From the NCBI RefSeq assembly GCF_009914755.1, contig NC_060927.1: a DNA stretch of 64,000 nt; one strand, written 5' to 3'. A program made the translations under genes and the position numbers. The notes below the pieces were generated by a model, which was not told the origin of the DNA, did no database searches, and saw only the letters and a program-made list of their open reading frames with translations. How positions within the stretch are numbered: position 1 is the first letter of the stretch; the number at the start of each line of letters is the position of its first letter. Source of the stretch: the human T2T-CHM13v2.0 reference genome, Homo sapiens. Shown in pieces: positions 13,789-29,959 of the stretch.

Positions 13789-14982
13789 ATATCCTCAATA
13801 ATTATTGACTGGGATGTGTTAATTAGGGAGGGAGGCTTATTTGTGGACCATTTCTGAGGTCATGGACCAGGCCTATTCTTTCCAAAAAATAATTGTGCTT
13901 ACTTTAATTATATAGTTGGACTATTTTAAATTGAAGGCATGACTTGGAGTTTTTTGGATTATCTCATATTGTAGATTTAGGCTATACATATGAGCAACAG
14001 CTGATTTATGACAATAGCCTCCAAGGCATATTTTTTGTTCTTCTGCTTTGCTCTTTACCAAGGCAAAATTCCTGGTAGTTGTATAGTTCTATGGGGTTGG
14101 AAGTGGTAGGCATGTTTACTTTTACTTCATTTTACACTGAGGGTACGGCACTTTGGGTATCTGGCTTTCCAGCAAAGGATTCCACTACTAAACTGTCTAC
14201 CTTGGGTTTTGAACTTTATTTCTTATAATAGACAAGGCTGAGAAAAGTTAAACTTAAGTTCATTAGGTTGGGAAAATTATCTTGAGACTAAAATGTGTTC
14301 ATTTCTGCTTACTTCTCTGAGTTTCTGTCTATACCAATTTTGGGACTGAAAAATTGTTAACTATCTTTCCAGCTCTCTGCATTTGAAATAAGCTTAAAAT
14401 AAGCTCTGATATTTATACATTATTAAATATTCATGTTATATATTTTATCTTTATTATACTATAACATGTAGTTTAAATTCTGAAGTGTGTAACATAAATG
14501 CCATGTCCAAACATTATATTTCTCCAAACAAACATTAGTAATAATAAAGTAATCAGTAATTGGATAAAAAGCATTATTGTTTAGTACTCCATCACTTCAA
14601 GGTGCTGTATTCCTTATTTTTAGAAGATATTTTTATGTACTGTATTCTTTATTTAAGGTCATTAATAGTATACTTATCAATACCCAACTTAATTTATTAA
14701 TATAGTTTTAATAAGTTTAATTGCTGATGTCTATTGAATTTCTTTGTCAACTGGATTTTTCTAAAATCTATTGAATTTCTGGAGAATTTTCTATTTTCTG
14801 GAACTATCTGAATACTTTTAAGGCCTATATTGGAAAAAATGGCTCTACTTATTGCCTCAGTTATTTTAGTAGACGAGAGAGGAGAGAATGTTGATCAGCT
14901 ACTAGCTATGGTTTAAAAACATCCTCTAAAAAACTGATAAATGATGACTCTTTTCCTCAAGAAAACCACACATATATACAGA

Positions 14983-15050
14983 ATTTTACATTCAACTAGA
15001 TTTTACATTCAATATAATTTTACATTCGACTGGATATTACATTCAATCTA
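14983..15050. repeat. Four-copy 17-bp minisatellite
   Basis: attttacattcaactag / attttacattcaatata / attttacattcgactgg / atattacattcaatcta. Confidence 0.9.
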
Positions 15051-18000
15051 ATCATTTTTCAGGTAGTAGATTCAGGAAGGAAATACACACATAATTAATT
15101 AGAGGTAAATTCTGGCTTAGAATGATTTCTGATATCCTAGCTTAATGCTTCCATGATGCTACAGAATAGCTAAACTAGAAAGTGGTACAGGGCATTATTA
15201 GAAGTGAAGTGGATAGACATGTAAGAGATACAAATAGAAGCAAAGGAAGCATTTAACAAACAAAATGACAAAAAGAAATAATATAGGGAATAAAATAGGT
15301 GAAAACATGATGAATCAAAGAAACGTTTTTTTTGTCCTTAAGGATAAGACCTCATTTGTACTAATGTCACAAACAAGAGGAAAATTTTTTATCAGTAATA
15401 TAGTTAAAATAAATAGACTATGAATGTATGTATACATAACAATGTATACATTGTTAGAAATGAAATGTACAAGTGCAAAATTGTCTTGTGCCTCTAGAGC
15501 TTGCAAGCTAATTTATGTGGATTCAACCACAGAACTATTTGATTTCCTTCTAAATTCAAGAGAAGAAATAATCATGCTAAAAGCACATAATAAATCTAAT
15601 AAATACTCATCATCTCTGTTACATACAAGGTTAGGTTTTTTTCGTTAAATATTATTAGAATATAAAACTTCGGCTTTTTTTTCCTTTGGCCTTGAAAGTT
15701 CTGCTTTCTGAAGACGTAAGGCAAATGGATCCCTCCTTCATGAAGCATGTGGAAATGTGAAGTCATCTACATCCATGGCGGAACCCCACTTGTCTCTCAA
15801 ACTTGCACTGGCTATGAGCATCTCAATTTTATTTGCTGTACTAAAATGTCCTGGTATTATGATAAACACTGAACATGCACTTCCTAACAGCTGCTTTACC
15901 TCTCTCAACTGAAGTATAATAGACAGTATCTTGATTTTTTCTTAGAAAATTTTCTTTTTCTTAGACCACCTGATTCTTGGAAATATGTTCTTTAAACTCC
16001 AGATTTTGCCTTGGGTGAAGCCTGAAATTATTCTTTCTGACTTTCATTAGATTTGTTACAGCACTAACAACCATGTATTAACAAAAGGTTTCCAGCAGAG
16101 CTCATAGTCTGTTTTGCAAACAATTGGAGGACAAATTCTCTTTGAAAGATAAGAGCAAAACATCTAAGAAACAGGTTAATATAGCAACAGTCTGAAGAAG
16201 AAAGGGGACAAGATCTGACAAGGCAAATTCATTATCCATATATCAAAAAAAGGCAAATCTGTTTTCATCACCTCACGGAACAATATTTGATGTTTGCAGG
16301 CTAGGGTTAGTACAGAAGTCTGATGTTCAGCCCACTAGCCTAGGATAAAGTTCATAAACAACTGTTTCTCTTTTGTTTATTTTCTTTCTTTAACAGCTTT
16401 ACTTTCACATTGCTAGTTCTATGTTCAACTTTTGGGAACACATCAGTTGGTCTTAAGGAAGCCTCATTAGCAATGTCTTCAACAGTAAGAGTTTTTTTTT
16501 TTTTAAATATACTAACTCAAGTGTTAATTATAAGAAGATTTAAGTTTTGATAAGAGTTCTTGCTACTCCAGGCTTTGGCCATTTGCCCCCAACATACTTC
16601 TCATCATTCAACTGGGAGCAGGTGCATGGCCTGGAACTTGGGGAAGTCTAGGACTGCCAGGTTCAGGTCAGAGAACAATGTGAGTAGACGGTGGTTGTGG
16701 TTGTGGGAGGGGAATGAGAATGGCATGTAACAGACCATACTTGAAAGTAACCTCAAGATTACATCATCTTCTATTATACTCAAAATATGAAACCCCAGGG
16801 AAAGACTGCAACTGGCTCAAAAAAAGATTGTATTAATAACTGGCTCAGTCACTGTAACCAGAAAAAGAATACTTTAACTTGTGATGAAGCCTGGGTCAAA
16901 TTTCATCTCCCATGGTTTAGAGGGTGATAAGAAAGGGCAGAGTTCACTGAGTATCAGCCCATCTTAAATCTTGTGTACAGAGAAGGTTGAGTCCTCAGAA
17001 GGTGGTAGTCTTTCCAGAGAAGAGGGAAGGATACCACCCTGAGGAAAATAGAATATAAATACCAGAATCTGCATTCAGTTTATCCCTGTAAAGATATGGC
17101 ATTGCTTTCTTTTGAGGTTTAGTATGGACCTTGATTCTTCTTGCTGATACATGTCATGACGTTAGAAGCCTAACTGGAGTGTCCCATCATCCAGGAAAGG
17201 GACAGTGTAACTTAACTGTTTACAACCTCAATGCCTTACTCAAAAGCTACTCAGTAAATATTTAGCAATAATGACAAAGTTTTAGTTGGTGTAAGCCAGT
17301 TTCAGTTTACACTTAACTTCTTTACATTATCTACTTCTGCTAACAATTTTTGCCTCAAGTAATTGTGACAGGGTGTATTGTTCCTAGATAGTTAATCTGT
17401 GTCGGCTTTAGTAGAGCTTTTTTGGTTCATTAGACGGTGCTTGATCTCTCCTGACAGGTTCAATCCTATAATACTCTTCCCCAAAGGCTTTACTTAAAGT
17501 CTAGATATCTCTATACATCACAGAGGTTCAAGTTCATGACCTCACTCTTTAGTAGGCTCATTGAAATTCCAAGGATCCTGATATTTGTTACATAGGAGTC
17601 TTCTATGGGAGTTATTATTAAAGGCTTTGCAGCTCTTGGCCAGAACTTTTATACATGTGAGGTCACAGAATGTGTTTATTATCTTAATGGTTATGTTCCT
17701 TTTCTTTCCATTGATCCTCAGGAGTAAGAGATCATATGCATAAATCCATTTTGTCCTACATTGCCTGTGATTTATAAGTAAATTAAGTGAAACAATTTTA
17801 CTATTGTGGAGAAAGCTCTACATTAAACAAAAACTAGTGGTTGTTTCTTTCCTTGATAGTTACTCTTCATTTAACTGGATCCATTTTACCATGTTTAGTT
17901 TACAATGGTAATAGTGAAAATATATATTTCCATATATCAAGTATGTGCTTATATACTTGATGAATATATGAATATAATATATTCATATTATGAATATATA

Positions 18001-18659
18001 TATTCACATAAAAATAATTAGAAGGAATTTGCCAGGTCAATAAAAATCTTCCCCAAGATAGTTTCATATGGAAGTAAATACTTAATAGCATATGGAAGAT
18101 CTGAAATGTAATTGCATCCACAACATTTTCTACATGTTTTGTTTTATGCTTCAGCCAATATTTTGTTTAGACATCTGTAATAATTATCACCATAAACTTT
18201 GACAATCATTCCATTTCTCACAAGTTTTAGTTACATAATTTTTCAAGACACACTTTCTTCTCTCTATAATGGACCTGACTTGCAGGATTGTTGTAAAACT
18301 TAAATTAAAAGAGTATATATAGTAATATGTAGAGTAATATACAGTGATATATTATTCTGAATCCATGTTCTTTCTAGTTGCTACCAGATTATATTAACCT
18401 TTATAGCAAAAGTTCTTGAAGAAGTATTTTATTAAAAATTTTGCATCTTCACTTCCTATATTTCCATTCTGTCCTCAATCCACTCCAGTTAGGCCTTTTT
18501 CCTCACCAATCCACAGAACCCTCTCTTGACGTGGCCATCAGATATCTCTCTCTTGCCAATTCCAGGGTCAACTCTCTCCTCCTCTAGCTTTACCTTCTAG
18601 CAGAATTTGATACATTTGATTACCACTTCCTTCTTGAAACATATTCTTCTCTTAGTGAT

Positions 18660-19026
18660 TAACAGGTTGGTAAATTTTTTCTGTATAAAGTCAGATAAAT
18701 ATTTTAGGCTTTATGGATCAAATAGCTTTTGTTGCAACTGCTTAACTCAGTTATTGTAGCACAAAAGCAGCTATCAACAATATGCAAATGAGTAAGTATG
18801 GCTATCTTCCACTACAACTTTGCTCATAGACACTGTTTTGAATTTCATATAAATTACATGTGTCAATAAATATTAGTCTTCTTTCAGTGTGTAAAAATGT
18901 AAACACATTCTTCTTTCAAATATTTCAAGATGTAAAACACATTCTTGTATGGCTGTTGTATGGCTCAACAGCCATACAAAACAGCAGACAGGATTTGACA
19001 TGTGAGCTTTAATTTACCAACCCCAA
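18660..19026 (+). mobile_element. MER58B-like hAT-Charlie element
   Basis: ggttggtaaattttttctgt...aaatattttaggcttt...aaagcagct...tttaccaacccc with imperfect TIRs. Confidence 0.8.
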
Positions 19027-19148
19027 ACTGGATGTATTGGCTAGGACAATATGTGTCTTCTTTTTCCTCCTATTATACTTGTCGCTCCTTCTTAGTCTTT
19101 TTTGCTATGTATCACCTTTAAATGTTGCAGTGCCTCCAGGTTCACTTC

Positions 19149-19284
19149 TTTTTTTTTTTTTTTATACTTTAAGTTTTAGGGTACATGTGCACAATGTGCA
19201 GGTTGGTTACATATGTATACATGTGCCATGCTGGTGTGCTGCACCCATTAACTCATCATTTAGCATTAGGTATACCTCCTAATG
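19149..19284 (-). mobile_element. Very short L1PA (about PA3-4) 3' end
   Basis: ttatactttaagttttagggtacatgtgcacaatgtgcagg...ttagcattaggtat. Confidence 0.9.
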
Positions 19285-19387
19285 GTACCCTTTTCTCTAT
19301 TCACACTTTCTCCACTTGGAAATCTAATACTCATATGACACTGGTAACCTATCCAGATCAAGAATTTTTATTATCTCCCTTAAATGC

Positions 19388-19761
19388 TGTATTAGTCTGT
19401 TCTCTCACTGCTATAAAGAACTATCTGAGACTGAGTAATTTATAAAGAAAAGAGGTTTAATTGACTCAGAGTTCCACAGGCTGTACAGGAGACATGGCTG
19501 GGGAGGCCTCAGGAAACTTACGATCATGGCAGAAGGGGAAGGGGAAGCAGGCATGATCTTCACATGGCCAGCAGGAGAAAGAGCAAAGGGGGAAGTGCTA
19601 CACACTTTCAAACAACCAGATCTCATAAGCACTCTATCACAAGAGCAGCAAGGGGAAAGTCTGCCCCATGATTCAATCACCTCCCATGAGGCCCATCCTC
19701 CAACATGGGAATTACAATTTGACATGGGATCTGGGTGGGGACACACAGCCAAACTGTATCA
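19388..19761 (-). mobile_element. MSTA solo LTR
   Basis: tgtattagtc...ccaaactgtatca; TSD aatgc/actgc. Confidence 0.9.
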
Positions 19762-20214
19762 ACTGCTATTCCCCAAGTTTTTCTCATCTGGGTAAGTGGT
19801 CATGCCATTTACTCAGTTGCTCAAGACAAGAACCCAAGTATCATCTTTTATTGCCTCTCTTTCATTTATACTCGCATCCAGATCACAAACAAGCCCTATG
19901 AGTTTTATCACTTGCCACTATTCACCAATTCCAAGTCTGCTCAAGCCCTTTTACATTTCTTGTGTGGATTACTTTGTTAGCTTCCTGACTCAAGCCCCTG
20001 TATTTATGCTTAACTTTTGGCATTCTGTTCTCAATTGTGCTACCAGATTGACAATTTCAAAATGTAAAATAGCATTATTCTCTTGCTCAAAATTCTCTAA
20101 TGGTTTTTCATCTTAATCAGAATAAATTCCAAAATCTATACCATAATCAACAGCACTTCCCAGGATGTGACTGCCAATAGCTATGAATTCATCTCCCATC
20201 ACTCTCTCTTTTCT

Positions 20215-20600
20215 TTTCTTTTTTTTTCTTTTTTATATTTAATTTAATTTAAAGTTCTAGGATACATATGCAGGACATGCAGGTTTGTTACATAGGTAAA
20301 CGTGTGCCATGGTGGCTTGCTGCACCTATCAACCCATCACCTAGGTATTGAGCCCCACATGCATTAGCTATTTATCCTTATGCTCTCCCTCCCCCTGTCC
20401 CCCTGACAGGCCACAGTGTGTGATGTTCCTCTCCCTGGGTCCATGTGTTCATTGTTCAGCTCCCACTTATAAGTTAGAACATGCAATGTTTGGTTTTCTG
20501 TTCCTGTGTTAGTTTGCTGAGGATAATGGCTTCTAGCTCCATCCGTGTCCCTGAAAAGGACATGATCTTGTTCTTTTTTATGGCTGTGTAGTATTCCATG
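20215..20600 (-). mobile_element. L1PA8-10-like 3' end
   Basis: gttacataggtaaacgtgtgccatggtgg...acccatcacctaggtatt; diverged TSD atcactctctcttttct / atcaccctctcctttct. Confidence 0.88.
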
Positions 20601-21225
20601 ATCACCCTCTCCTTTCTATTGGCTCTATTCCAGCCATGCTGGCTTATTTAAAGTCTTTTCCCCAAGTACTTCACTTGGCTTTCTCCCCCTCTTCCTGCAG
20701 GTATCTGCTCAATATTACTTTCTCAGAAAGACTCCCTGACATGCTACCTAAAAAAGTGCATACCTCTTTTATGTTCCATTTTTTTACTGTTTGTTTTTTC
20801 TTTATTAAACTCACACTTTCATAAATGATAGTAAATGCTTGTATGCTTTATTACTGGTTACATCTCCCTCTAGAAAATCAGCTTCATGAGAAGACCTATC
20901 TATATCTCTTTACATCTGTATCTCTGTGCCTAGAATAGATTCTACTTATAAACAAATGAAACTAGACAACCTAATTGGTTTATTGTTTGATTGATTAATG
21001 AATATGAGGGAAAAAGCCAGCACAAAATTTTGTAATAGTAAATTTTAATGAAACTTGATTGAATATCCTATTTGATATGTAAGGATATTCCCAGTATATA
21101 TTTTTGAAGATTATAGTCTATGAGCTGACTATGTCTATCAACCAAGGACTTGATTACTTTGCATGTGTTGCTAATGTACTTTGTCTTTTATAATTATTTA
21201 TTTTATGTAGAATGCTGCATACACA

Positions 21226-21265
<40 letters not shown>
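21226..21265. repeat. (CT)n(CA)n microsatellite
   Basis: Direct reading. Confidence 0.9.
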
Positions 21266-21267
<2 letters not shown>

Positions 21268-21830
21268 TTTGACTTTCTCAGACTGCTGAAGTATTTTCCT
21301 GGGCACTGTATTAAAAAAGAACATTCACCGAACTTTTAAGGATGAAGCTGTAAATTTAGTTTAAATTGTATGCTTATATTTTGTTAAATATTTTTAATAC
21401 AGAAATATATCTAAATATATCATAGTTAATAAGTTTCAAAATGTGATATATTGAATATGTATTGATATATATTATTGCAGAATAATGCAATATAATCAAT
21501 TGCATTCTCTTAAATAGAGTTAAATGCCTTTATCTTAAACATAGTCAACTACATTACTCTGAAATTATGTTTTTTTGTATGCAGTTTCATCCTACCTAAT
21601 TACTTTGTCCTTTCAAGTTTTTATTTTGTATACTTTTTTACAATGAAAAAGAAAAACATAATTTTAAAAAATTACTAAGGACTAAAATGACACCAGAATA
21701 ATGAAAATAATGAATAAATTCTATTCATCAGCCTGAAAAGCAGATTGCCAATAATACTGCTATTATGATATATGATATAAGCCTATTCAAGTATTTTACA
21801 TTTTAAAAATATACATATATTACTAAAATA

Positions 21831-22325
21831 GTGTACACAGTAAAAGGTAGAATAGTCTCATCAAACCCAGATGACAAGTTTTTTCTCTTCATTAAAAACC
21901 TGCTATGAAAAGTTCTTATCTTTTCTTGCCTCTGCCCTCAACAAGGCTTAATAAAGTAAAGTTTGGGCTAAGGGCAAGAACAACGCCTCCTCCAAGCAGC
22001 AAGTCATTCTTTAAGGAATGGGTCCACATTCAAGAGAATTCAGACAGTTTATCTTGCCCTGGCAATCTGCCCTGCCTAACCAAGTGTTGATCCCTATCTT
22101 TTCTTCCCGTGCCCTAGATGACCAGTGAGCAACTTATTTCATTCCATTGTAAATCACTGAGTTAGGGGGAAAATTTGATTCCATCTGCAGCATCTACTCA
22201 GGTATCTTCATGTTGTCCCTGTGGGACTTGGAAGGCAAGGTGAACTGACATAAATTGATATTCATGAAGCTTGGTGTGCCATCAGTAATAAAATATTCTG
22301 TCTCTGATCCAGGAATCTCATGTTA
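21831..22325 (+). mobile_element. Old ERVL-type LTR (family uncertain)
   Basis: agtaataaaatattctgtctctgatccaggaatctcatgt resembles the polyA/U5 motif of LTR41/MER76-type LTRs. Confidence 0.5.
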
Positions 22326-22660
22326 TGTTATTAAAAGTAAGAGAAACTAACTCTAGGTAATTAAAGAAGTTGAAAGGTAAGGTACTTACTAGAAGTACAG
22401 TAAATGGTTCACAGAATTGAAGAAAAGCTGAGTAGCAAAACCTCAAGAAAGACAAGTCTAGGAATTTCAACAGCAGAAACCCTTAAATAGTCACTTTCTA
22501 ATACTGACATGAAATTAATCACCATTTTTAATTAGCCATTTCATATTTTGCATATTTTTACAATCAAATTTCTGAAAGAAATTATATGATTAGCTTTGAT
22601 CACATGCCCAACCCCACTATGGCAAGGGGAGGTAGGAACAAAAAATTGTCAATCCCACCA
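22326..22660 (-). mobile_element. Old MLT1-type LTR
   Basis: aagtaagagaaactaactctagg...ggttcacagaattg...gatcacatgccca. Confidence 0.5.
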
Positions 22661-22699
22661 TTATTTTTATTGAAGTAAGTTTTAATACAGCTATTTCAT

Positions 22700-23108
22700 T
22701 TCTTGATTTATTTATTTTATTTTATTATTTTTATATTTTATTGTCATTTCAACAGTTTTTAAGGAACAAGTAGTGTTTGGTTACATGAAAAAGTTATTTA
22801 GTGGCGATTTCTGAGATACTGGTGCACCCGTCACCCTGGCAGTGTATGCTGTACCCAGTGTGTAGTCTTTTGTCCCTCACTCTCCTCCCACACTTCCCCC
22901 TGCGTCCCCAAAGTCCACTGTATCATTCTTATGTCTTTGTTTTCTCATAACTTAGCTCCTACTTATAAGTGAGAGCATAAGATGTTTGGTTTTCTATTCC
23001 TGAGTTACTTCGCTTAGAATAATGGTCTCCAACTCCATCCAGCATTGCTGCAAATGCTATTATTTTGTTCCTTTTTATGGCTGAATAATATTCCATGGTG
23101 TCTGTACC

Positions 23109-23163
<55 letters not shown>

Positions 23164-24062
23164 TAAAATCACACTTTCTTTATCCACTCGGTTGATGGGT
23201 ATTTGGGCTGGTTTAGTATTTTTGCAATTGTGAATTGTGCTGCTATAAACATGCATGTGCAAGTGTCTTTTTCATATAATGACTTTTTTTCCTCTGGGTA
23301 GATACCCAGTAGTGAGACTGCTGGATCAAATGGTACATCTACTTTTGGTTCTTTAAGGAATCTCCATACTGTTTTCCATTGTGGTTGTACTAGTTTACAT
23401 TCCCACCAGCACATCCACACCAACATCTATTATTTTTTAATTTTTTAATTATGGCCATTCTTGTAATAGTAAGATGGTATCGCATTGTGGTTTTGATTTA
23501 CATTTCCCTGATCATTAGTGATGTTGAGCATTTTTTCATATGTTTGTTGGCCATTTGTGTATCTTCTTTTGAGAATTGTCAATTCATGTCCTTAGCCCAC
23601 TTTTTGATGGGATTATTTGGGTTTTTTCTTGCTGATTTGTTTGAGTTCCTTGTAGAATCTGGATATTAGTCCTTTGTCAGATGCACAGTTGGTGAAGATT
23701 TTCTCCCGTTCTGTGGGTTGTCTGTTTACTCTGCTTATTGTTTCTTTTGCTGTGCAGAAGCTTTTTAGTTTAATTAAGTCCCATCTATTGTCTTTCTTTT
23801 TGTTGCATTTTCTTTTGGGTTCTTGGTCACGAACTCTTTGTCTAAGCCAATGTCTAGAAGAGTTTTTCTGATGTTATCTTTTAGAATTTTTCAGGTCTTA
23901 GATTTAAGTCTTTGATTCATTTTGAGTTTATCCTTGTATAAGGTGAGAGATAAGGATCCAGTTCGTTCTACATTTGGCTTGCCAATTACCCCAGCACCAT
24001 TTGTTGAATAGGGTGTTTTTGTCTGTTTTGTCAAAGATTAGTTGGCTGTAAGTATTTGGCTT
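22700..24062 (-). mobile_element. L1PB1/2-like 5'-truncated element
   Basis: L1PB-type 3'UTR (tgtttggttacatgaa...ggtgcacccgtcacc) and ORF2 C-terminal fragments ([18 protein letters not shown]). Confidence 0.9.
23111..23162. repeat. (AGAT)13 tetranucleotide STR
   Basis: Perfect 52-nt run inside the L1PB. Confidence 0.97.
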
Positions 24063-24281
24063 AACTATTTATTTTATATGTAGGAAATAAACCAACAAAA
24101 AATTACCAGGTATAGACCCATAGACAAACATGCCACTATTTCACTCTTCTCTTACTTTGCATATGCTATTCCTTTTGATTAGAAGTCTCTTCTCTTCTTT
24201 GTTCACCAGGCAAGTTTTTACTTGTTTAGAAAGACAGTCATACACACCTTGTCACCTCTTGCCTAGCCGCATTAAAGTGAC

Positions 24282-26586
<2,305 letters not shown>

Positions 26587-28179
26587 AACTAGATGGTTGT
26601 TAACCCTATTCTTTCTTCTACTGTAGTACTTTTACTTAACTGTAGAACCCAACCTATGTTAATCTTTTCCAAAATTCTTTGTTTAAATGTCTGTATACAC
26701 TAATAGGTTGACATTTCTTTGGATAGGTCTATACTTTATTTATTAATATATTGCTAACACCTACTCTGGTTCCTGACATCTAAAAAGAGTTAGGTACAGG
26801 CTGATTAAATGATTAAGTAAAGGTTGATTAAATGAGTTAATAAATAGATAAGTAGATGAATACATGAATTAGAGGTTACAGAGAAGCAAGGAGGCCTGGA
26901 TGCTTGTTCTTTGGAAGTTGTTCCACACAATCTCCATTTTGGTTTTTGTTTTCAGGTCTTTTCTTTTCACCTATCTCTGTACTACTCTCTAGAACACTGT
27001 TGTTTTCTTGCTCTTTACGACTTAATTCTAACTTTAATACTCAACTCCTCTTGAGAAATGATACAGTCAGATTTTTATTTTAAATGCCAATTTCTTCCTC
27101 ATTTCTAATATCAAGTTTTCTGACATACTGCTCCCACAGTTCTATCACATTTGGTTCACAACACTTTAAGAATTTATAGTCCACACTACATTCAAGCCCA
27201 TAAAGCTCACTTAACTAGTTATTGGCTAAGACTGTCTTTCAACCTGTCATGTACTAAGAGTTTCCTTTGCTTCACTGTACTAAATACTACCTCATAAACT
27301 GAAAAAAGTAACATCTCTTCAAAATTGCTTGAGTTCAGGCATAATTGGGGCTATCTGCTTTGTTATGTAAATCAAAGCAAATGCCTAACTTTTTCCCTGA
27401 GATCTTAATAAGCAGAACAAGGAAGTATATGTTTAGGAGGTATAAGAACACATGAATACCCATGAAAAATTTTACTCCCTATTAATGTCTTTTGAGAATT
27501 TTGCCATGAAGTTTTGTTTCAAATCATTTTGTCAATACTAAACAAGGCGCTGTTTTTTTTTTCTGCTTTAGTTTCCTTCTTTGTGAAACTCAAGGAAAAA
27601 AATTATATGCTACAATGTCACCTCTCTTTTAAGACTCATAAAGGAGAAAATATTTTCTTCCTTGTTTGCTTTTTTTTAAATAATTGAAACACTCGCTCTC
27701 TCTTGCTAATTGAGCCCATTCACCTGTGACAAATGCAAGCTGTGCTACAGTTAGGACAATACAAGTTTGTCAGCAGGGTCACTCACAGAATGCTCTTTGC
27801 CAGGGAAAATTTGCTGATGTTCCAGAATATTCTTAGTTATTAAATTCTAGCAGGTGACCATAAACAAATAGCTTCATTTATTCAAGAAAGGTAAAAAGTA
27901 GAGGGGGGAGTGAAGATGTGACAATTGCTATTTTCATCCTTTTGCTAAGTCAACCAAATTCTGTACAGCATAGCAAATCCATTATACATGATACATATTT
28001 TCTCTGGCAGAAACATACTGGATTAAAGCTTCTTGCACATTTGTTAACTTTGTTCTCTATGTTGCTCCTTTTTGGAGGTTCACCTGGAGCAACGATGTAA
28101 GGAGAGAAAAATGTCAGATACAAATATAATGGAATTATGGCTCTTCACTATAATGATGCTGCCTGTCTTTCATAAATTT

Positions 28180-28360
28180 ATTCTCCGACTGTGTACCCTT
28201 TCATAGACAATTTATGCCACATATTTATTTATTACTTAAGCTTGCATCTTGAACACATATTATGATTCCTGACATCAGAAAAGTGTGGAGAGTTTTGTTA
28301 CTTGAATGAGGAAATGGATGAATGAATGAATGAATGAATGAATGAATGAATATGAATGAA
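28180..28360 (+). mobile_element. L2 3' end with (GAAT)n tail
   Basis: cctgacat...ttgaatga followed by (gaat)n. Confidence 0.55.
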
Positions 28361-28723
28361 TTATTTCTAACCAGTCAAAAAGCTCTTTGATGTTAGTTTC
28401 TGGGATTAACCTTTTTTTTATATTTCTAAATAGCTTAGCAAATAACCTTTCTTATCTTTCTTTACTAACAGTAGTTCTGAAACAAAAAAGGTATGGAATA
28501 AAAATAAATTGATTATACTATTTATAAAACATTGTTTTTATTTCTAAAAATCTTATTGGGTCACTACATAGTCTACTGAAGACTTTAAAGCCTTTATAAG
28601 CATAGGTCAACTCTTTCTGAGTAGCCAGGGACACATCATTTTGTCCGTTTGGATAGTAAATGAAAAAGGCGAAATTAATCGAGAGAAACTAAAATACATT
28701 GCATTCCTCTGAATAACAGATAG

Positions 28724-29045
<322 letters not shown>

Positions 29046-29284
29046 CAAATACCTTCTTATACAAATAGGGATAGTAAATGAGACTTCAGTATTCATTGTC
29101 AAATTGATAGTTGAAATACTAGGTTTTGGAATTGGTTGGGAAAGAGCATGACTTCTCTTAACACCATTTCTTCAAAACCCATCATCACTAACTACCCTCA
29201 CTCAACACAAACATGTTCAGGGGCTGAACTGCCCAGGTGTATCACAGCAAGGATGCAGGGACAGGGAGTAAGAACATTAGTATT

Positions 29285-29665
29285 AAACCACATGATCTCA
29301 CCTTCATGTGGAATCCAATAAAGCCGAACTCAAAGCAGAGAGTAGAATGATAATTGCCAGGGGCAAGGTTGGAAGAAGACTGGGGAGATGTTGGCCAAAG
29401 GATACAAAGTTTCAGTTAGATAGGAGGAATAAGTTCAGGATATCTGCTGTATAATGTGATGACTACAGTTAATAATAATGTATTGGATTTCTGAAAATTG
29501 CTAAGAAATTAGATTTTAAGTGTTCTCACCATAAAAATAAGTATGAGAGATAATATATGCTATTTAGTTTGATTTAGCCATTCTGCAGTATATAAATCTT
29601 TCAAAACAATATGTTGTTCATAATAAATATATGCAATTTTTGTCAATTAAAAATTCATTAATTTT
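29285..29665 (+). mobile_element. L1MA-type 3' end
   Basis: ggatacaaagtttcagttagataggaggaataagttc...gattttaagtgttctcacca. Confidence 0.85.
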
Positions 29666-29959
29666 AAAGAGAAAGTTAATGTTGAATCCAGAATTTCTAC
29701 CTTCACTCTCAGTAGTCCCTACTGGGCTATGTCTACTTCAAAGAGAGCAGAACATGGGGAAGAAACTTCTTTTATTTTCCCTGGGTTGGAGAAGAGTCAA
29801 ATAGGTATGAATTATGTTTTTTAAAAAATTAAATAAAAAAAGAACCTGGGTAGGATATAGGAAAGATGGAGACAAGTCAAGAGAGGGTAAGTAACTGAAT
29901 GGAATTTTATACTTTTGAAACATGGAATTCATTTGTGATGCCTATCTGGTTACTATATT

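Larger units (their letters stand above)
18400..20960 (+). mobile_element. L2 LINE remnant broken by younger insertions
   Basis: cagaatttgatacatttgattaccacttccttcttgaaaca and other L2 motifs through to gtgcctagaatag. Confidence 0.75.

Noticed and set aside
14983-15050. CRISPR-like array
   Set aside because: Units are head-to-tail with no spacers, there are no cas genes, and the DNA is primate.
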